64,000 nt of DNA from Candidatus Micrarchaeota archaeon (GTDB lineage Archaea; Micrarchaeota; Micrarchaeia; Anstonellales; Bilamarchaeaceae), in contig WJMK01000014.1 of assembly GCA_014727975.1 (NCBI GenBank), positions 2,558 through 66,557 of the forward strand, given 5' to 3'. A program made the translations under genes and the position numbers. Below are positions 59,340 to 64,000 of this stretch, in pieces (the stretch's first letter is position 1; each line of letters opens with the position of its first letter). Below the pieces are notes generated by a model. That model was not told the DNA's origin. It searched no databases and worked only from the letters and a program-made list of their open reading frames with translations.

Positions 59340-62300
59340 TTACATGAAATCCGAGAGCCCTGTCTGCTTTACCTGCTCATCCTCAAATATGCTGCCGATT
59401 TCCCTCTCCAGAAGCTCAAGCCTCTGGCTCAGGTAAAGCGGAAGTGAATACTCCTCAACCATGCGCTTGGAGATTTCCAGGTATTTCATTATGCCTCCCT
59501 TGTGGATGGTGAGGGTAAGCTTGCCCCCGCAACGGGCGCATTTGCCGGAAAGGGGGGTGCGCCGGTAAATCGTATTGCAGTCCACGCAGCGGAAGGTCTG
59601 CCTGGAGTAGGAGCGGAGGTTGCCATAGAGGTCCGGGATAAAGTGGCTTAGGATAAGCCTTTCTGCAGCATTGCTTACATTCACAGGGCGTAGCTTTTCA
59701 TGGAGCCCAAACTCTGCTTCAATTTTTTCAGGGATGGAGCCCAGGGTTACATACGTTGTGCGCATCGGGCCATCGTTTATTGTTTCCGTGTCGTGGGTAA
59801 AGAGGAGGTCTGCATACTGCTCTTCTTTTCCAAGGAGGTCCTGTATAGTCTTGAGCTTCACTTCCCCGGGGAATGCGTTGCGCGCGCATGCGCGGTAGAA
59901 CTCCAGGGGGTAATGGTCTACCACCTCCATGCAATGGACCTCATCATCTACCTCACTTGGGTTGATTTGGGGGGTAATTGTAAGGGGGGCGTCCATTGTT
60001 CCGCCCCTCCTATCGGATAGGTAGGAGCGGGAAAAATTAACCAGGCAGTCTAAAAGCAAGATTATTGCATCTTCATCTCCATCGCAGTTGCGGCGCTTTG
60101 CAGTATGGAAATAGGGGTGTGCATACCCCACATTCGCATCAGTATAGCCTATTATTCTGCCAAGCACGCTCCCGGAAGTGTGGGGAGAAAGCCCTACCAC
60201 GAGGTTCCCAAAAAGGTCCTCTTTTTCCTTAATATTATAGAACGGCTTCATTCCATAAAGGTGCACAAGCAGGTCATCCACAAAATCTGCAATCCTTGCA
60301 AGGTAATCCATTCCATGGGAGGAGACTAGTATGTCCTGGCAGTTTAATGCGACTACCTGGTCTGCGCTGGTTATGGGCTTTCCCTTATGGTCCTTGGTGT
60401 AGCCAAGCCTGCGTATCCCTTCCGGGGTCTGCCCTATTTCAGAAATCCTGAAATGGGTTATGGGCGCATCAGTTGCATCGAACCTGCAGGTTCCGTCCCT
60501 GAATACATAAACTTCATGCTTTGCGCGTAGGAAGCCCTTCTCCAGATGCTCAGGGATCTTGTCCATGCTTATCATTCCCTTCACGCCGCGCACTTCAGCA
60601 GGGGCAAAACCAAGCTCTGCCTTTACCTTTTCATACATCTCAACCAGGGGAACCGGGCGTCGGTCGTAGCAGAGCGTGGGGAGCTCACAATGCTCTTTTT
60701 CAGTAGTTACTGCTCCGCACTTTTGGCACACTCTCTCTTTCTTTGCAAGCTCCCCGCAGGAATGGCAGCGGGCGTAGAAAGTGGTGGCTCCGCATCCTGT
60801 GCATTTATAGCGTGCGACTTCCGCATTTATTGAGCGCTCCTTTTGCCTTGCCTTGAGGCTCTTGTATCGCTTGGTTATGCTGCGGTCCCTCATGGTGGCA
60901 GTGGGAAAAAGCACGTGTGGGCGCCCTTCCATCATCCTTTCTTTTGCCTTTTCCGGGCGGCCCATTCTTCCGCCTATGTATGTAGGGCTCTTGTCCCGCA
61001 CCTTGACTTCCGAGAGGCTATTGATATTGTCAAGAGGGGTAAGCTCTTCATTTAATCTTGGGGGCGCGGAGATCTCTTTGCCTGAAAGCATTCCAAATGA
61101 AGAGAGCAGTGCAAAGGCTTCGTCTCCTGCCAGAACTATTTTTCCTTCAGAGACCCTGTGCTCAACAAGGAGGTCCTCCAGGGCCTCCTTCCCTCCCGGG
61201 CCAGGGAGCTCGAGTCCCACTATCTCACCTGCGTCAAGTTTAAGAATTCCTCCTGAAAGCGAAGCGGAAAGCTCCCGGAGCCGTTCATTTGTAGAATCGT
61301 TCCAGTTGTATGTGTAATCCGGATGAAGGGGGACCTTGTGCTCCCTTGAAAGCTCAAATGCCTCTTTTGCAGTAGGGGTGCCCGGAGGATTTTCAACACC
61401 TGACTCCTGTGCTTCCTGGAGCCACCACTCAGGGCAGTATCCTGCAGGCATAAGAGGGTGGTTCGATTTTGAGAAATCCCCGTATGTAACAAGCATGTCC
61501 CCAAGAAAAAGGACTTCTTCAACATCATCATGGAGCTCTTCTGCCTGTGCACTTGTTTTTATACGGACAACAGAGCCGTTTTTCAGGCGCACAACCGGAC
61601 CTTCTATAGAATCGCAGGAAGTAAGGATTGCGCCTTTTCCAGGGCGCTCAACCTTAACATGCGTCCCGTTTGCTGTAAAGGAATCAAGAAGGTGCATAGT
61701 TGCAGGGTGTATATTCCTGCCCATTATCCCATTGGTGCGGCTGTGCCCATACCTTAGCCGGAACCCTCCCTTTGCCATTGGGTAGGCAAACACCGGCCGG
61801 CCTGCAACGAGACCGTCCAGGTAGCTTGGGTCAGGCTTTATCTCCACCTTGTCCTCCTTCTTCTTTACTTTGATTACCTCCTGGAGCCAGTCCCAGTCCA
61901 GCCCGAATTTCCTTGTGAATTTGAGCACTTTGGGTGCCTTTGCAGCAATTCCCTCGCATACAACCAGGGGGACTCCCCCTCTCACACGGTTGCTCTTTAT
62001 GCGCTCCAGGTTTCTGTGCACAGAAACTTCCACTTCTTCTGTGGGGTCCCCATCTATGCAAACCGGGCAATTGCGCACTATATGCGCAACGTGGCCATCA
62101 GGAGGCTTGTACTGGAGGTGTGTGCACCTGTGCTCATACACATTTACCTCCTCAACATATCTGGCAATCTCGGTCTCGGTAGGGCGGAAATCCCCTATGC
62201 CCGCCTTCCTGCGGGCATGGTCTGCAAGGGCTACGCTCAGGGCAGCAACAGTCCCCCCCGCACTGCGGATGGGGCCTGCAAAAAGGACAGATACATACTC

Positions 62301-62681
62301 GCTCCCGTCCGGGTTCTGGCTTAACCTTACATCCGCAATCCCTTCAGTGGGGGCTACAAGCACGCCCTCTGTAAGAATGCCCACGCTGGTGCGGATTGCC
62401 TGCTCAATTAGGGTGCGCTTGTCACCCTGGATTATCTCCCCTGAAGCAATCTTCTCTGCAATATTGAACGCAATTTCCGGTCGTGACATTCCGCCCTGCT
62501 CCATCTCCCGTATTATCGATGCGATGCCCCGTGGCCCCACAAGCCCTTCAACACGTGCTGCAACATCCTTTGCAATCGGAATCTCTACCTCTGGCTCAGG
62601 GTCAAAGCCCTGCCTGCGGGCCTCCTGGGCAAGGGAGTAAACCCGATCCAGCTCTTTCCTGAGGGATTCAAAATATTCCAT
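59340..62681 (-). CDS. polC: DNA polymerase D (Pol II) large catalytic subunit DP2
   Basis: 1113 aa. Conserved N-terminus (MEYFESLRKELDRVYSLAQEARRQGFDP), Zn-finger clusters (CTGCG...CHSCG, CQKCG) and the catalytic signature AKRRNCDGDEDAIILLLD. The length gives no indication of an intein insertion. Confidence 0.95.
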   Translation of the reverse strand: MEYFESLRKELDRVYSLAQEARRQGFDPEPEVEIPIAKDVAARVEGLVGPRGIASIIREMEQGGMSRPEIAFNIAEKIASGEIIQGDKRTLIEQAIRTSVGILTEGVLVAPTEGIADVRLSQNPDGSEYVSVLFAGPIRSAGGTVAALSVALADHARRKAGIGDFRPTETEIARYVEEVNVYEHRCTHLQYKPPDGHVAHIVRNCPVCIDGDPTEEVEVSVHRNLERIKSNRVRGGVPLVVCEGIAAKAPKVLKFTRKFGLDWDWLQEVIKVKKKEDKVEIKPDPSYLDGLVAGRPVFAYPMAKGGFRLRYGHSRTNGIMGRNIHPATMHLLDSFTANGTHVKVERPGKGAILTSCDSIEGPVVRLKNGSVVRIKTSAQAEELHDDVEEVLFLGDMLVTYGDFSKSNHPLMPAGYCPEWWLQEAQESGVENPPGTPTAKEAFELSREHKVPLHPDYTYNWNDSTNERLRELSASLSGGILKLDAGEIVGLELPGPGGKEALEDLLVEHRVSEGKIVLAGDEAFALLSSFGMLSGKEISAPPRLNEELTPLDNINSLSEVKVRDKSPTYIGGRMGRPEKAKERMMEGRPHVLFPTATMRDRSITKRYKSLKARQKERSINAEVARYKCTGCGATTFYARCHSCGELAKKERVCQKCGAVTTEKEHCELPTLCYDRRPVPLVEMYEKVKAELGFAPAEVRGVKGMISMDKIPEHLEKGFLRAKHEVYVFRDGTCRFDATDAPITHFRISEIGQTPEGIRRLGYTKDHKGKPITSADQVVALNCQDILVSSHGMDYLARIADFVDDLLVHLYGMKPFYNIKEKEDLFGNLVVGLSPHTSGSVLGRIIGYTDANVGYAHPYFHTAKRRNCDGDEDAIILLLDCLVNFSRSYLSDRRGGTMDAPLTITPQINPSEVDDEVHCMEVVDHYPLEFYRACARNAFPGEVKLKTIQDLLGKEEQYADLLFTHDTETINDGPMRTTYVTLGSIPEKIEAEFGLHEKLRPVNVSNAAERLILSHFIPDLYGNLRSYSRQTFRCVDCNTIYRRTPLSGKCARCGGKLTLTIHKGGIMKYLEISKRMVEEYSLPLYLSQRLELLEREIGSIFEDEQVKQTGLSDFM

Positions 62682-62687
62682 TGCACT

Positions 62688-64000
62688 TCACCTAGTAAAA
62701 TCCAGGGTGCGCAGCCTTTCCTGCATAAATTCATAAATCGGGACTTTTGCAGGGGTAGGGATGTGCCCCTGCTTCTGCTGGAAATCCGTGGTGTCCTGGA
62801 ATGTCCCGGAATTAATTATCAGGGAGTCCCTGTATCGCATATATCCATTCTTGTGGACGTGGCCAAAATGCACCACATCTGGCTCGTTTTCAATTACCAT
62901 ATAGTCAAGCTTTTCCGGAACGACTGCGTTCCCCCCAAACATGGGGGAAAGGTGGCGCCTCTTCAGGCATTCTGCCATCACCTTTTCAGGGTGGTCATAG
63001 CTTAAGTGGGAAAGGCTCGCAATCCAGCTGTCTGAGGATGTGCCATGATAGAGTAAATGTTCGGTGTTTTCCACACATAGGGTTGATGGGCTGCCAAGGC
63101 TGAGCACATCACACCCCAGGATATCCTTCGGAAGTGCCGGCATTGGCTCTGCGCGCCTCACTGCATCGTGGTTCCCCGGGCATACGATCACCTCCAGGTA
63201 ATCCGGAAGCTCCTGCACAAAACCTGAAAAAAGCTCATACTGCTTGAATATGTCAAGGACGTCCAGGTCTTTCTCCTGGTTGGGGTAAATGCCTATCCCA
63301 TCCACTATGTCCCCTGCAACAAAAACATACTTCACTTTTCCTGCGAGTTCAGTGTTTTCGCCTTTTCCTGCAATCCAGTCTGTAAAGCGGTTAAAATAAT
63401 CCCCAAGGAATTGCTTGCTGCCAAAATGCAGGTCAGACAGATATACTGCCGCAAGGTCGCGCTCAGGCTTTTTCTTTTCCCTGGTAACTCTGAGGTCCGG
63501 CCATTCAAAATCCTCTGCAATTATAAACGCCTGGGCAACCTTCCCATAGATAAGGATTACATCATCGTTCACTATGTTCCTTGCCTTTTCAAATGCCTGC
63601 TCGTCACGTTGCGATATCACAACCTTGAACTGGCCGGTGAGGTCCTCTACCTGGAGCAGGATGTTCCCTTTCTTGGTTTCCCGGATTTCGGAAACCATTA
63701 CTATTGCCCGTATCTTCTGCCCTGCAAGCCTGGAAATCCCCTCCAGGTCTGCTTCAGGATATTTCCCGCTGTAGGTACGAAGGAGTGCGGAAAGCCGCTC
63801 ATAGCGGTTGCGGAAATAGTCCACAAAATCATTTACTCCTCCTTCTGTGCGGGATTTTCCTGTAACATCAAGGGATTCCCGCACTTTTATTTCAGGGGAA
63901 TATTCCTTTGCAGCGGGAGAGAAATCAGGGGAGAGGGAAACTTCAGCCTTAGTTGCCTCCGGCTTTATTTCTTTTTCTTCCTCCCTTTTTTTCAGAATGG
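62688..64000 (-). CDS. polB: DNA polymerase D small subunit DP1 (exonuclease), 5'-partial at the window edge
   Basis: Calcineurin-like phosphodiesterase motifs (VYLSDLHFGS, VAGDIVDG, PGNHD, HFGHVH) and an OB-fold region. The reading frame stays open upstream of the GTG at 63884 to position 64000 (...KKREEEKEIKPEATKAEVSLSPDFSPAAKEY...), so the true start lies outside the window. The gap to DP2 is 6 nt. Confidence 0.9.
   Translation of the reverse strand, partial: ILKKREEEKEIKPEATKAEVSLSPDFSPAAKEYSPEIKVRESLDVTGKSRTEGGVNDFVDYFRNRYERLSALLRTYSGKYPEADLEGISRLAGQKIRAIVMVSEIRETKKGNILLQVEDLTGQFKVVISQRDEQAFEKARNIVNDDVILIYGKVAQAFIIAEDFEWPDLRVTREKKKPERDLAAVYLSDLHFGSKQFLGDYFNRFTDWIAGKGENTELAGKVKYVFVAGDIVDGIGIYPNQEKDLDVLDIFKQYELFSGFVQELPDYLEVIVCPGNHDAVRRAEPMPALPKDILGCDVLSLGSPSTLCVENTEHLLYHGTSSDSWIASLSHLSYDHPEKVMAECLKRRHLSPMFGGNAVVPEKLDYMVIENEPDVVHFGHVHKNGYMRYRDSLIINSGTFQDTTDFQQKQGHIPTPAKVPIYEFMQERLRTLDFTR

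Overview
This is a densely coding archaeal chromosomal segment. The archaeal assignment rests on several features. Both DNA polymerase D subunits are present (DP1 runs off the right edge, DP2 is complete). There are two intron-containing tRNAs whose splice sites can be drawn as bulge-helix-bulge motifs, an initiator-type tRNA-Met with an A1:U72 pair, an archaeal-type ProRS, RNase P protein Pop5, a Fap7/AK6-type kinase, and an AMP phosphorylase next to an eIF-2B-family isomerase. I support about 60 CDS and 5 tRNAs (Tyr-GTA and Ala-TGC with introns, Asp-GTC, iMet-CAT, Lys-CTT). Housekeeping genes are proS, cysS, purM, purH, purE, hmgA (class II-like), rtcA, trmI, htpX/lemA and polD. Between them lie accessory-looking regions. 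(1) An iron island: a DtxR-family repressor divergent from a NifX-like gene, two MinD-ferredoxin ATPases and feoA-feoB-feoC. (2) Many secreted or lipobox proteins with acidic or Cys-rich regions, including a 1333-aa beta-helix surface protein, plus a CPHC-thioredoxin::CcdA fusion. (3) Orphan giant proteins: 841 aa with a caspase/CHAT/DUF4347-like His-Cys module, and a tandem 1150-aa + 739-aa pair with glycine-zipper membrane segments. (4) A dispersed family of intergenic repeats: a TTGAGC-N3/4-GCTCAA hairpin, a roughly 75-nt long-hairpin element in two inverted copies, CTTACG-N6-CGTAAG palindromes and GGGTTTT tracts. These repeats cluster around tRNA genes and around an AAA+ ATPase/ParB-like nuclease pair. 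No CRISPR array, rRNA, transposase or integrase was seen. All functional calls come from motif-level reading of the translations. No database search was run, and the lineage (DPANN-like or euryarchaeal-related) cannot be fixed from this window.
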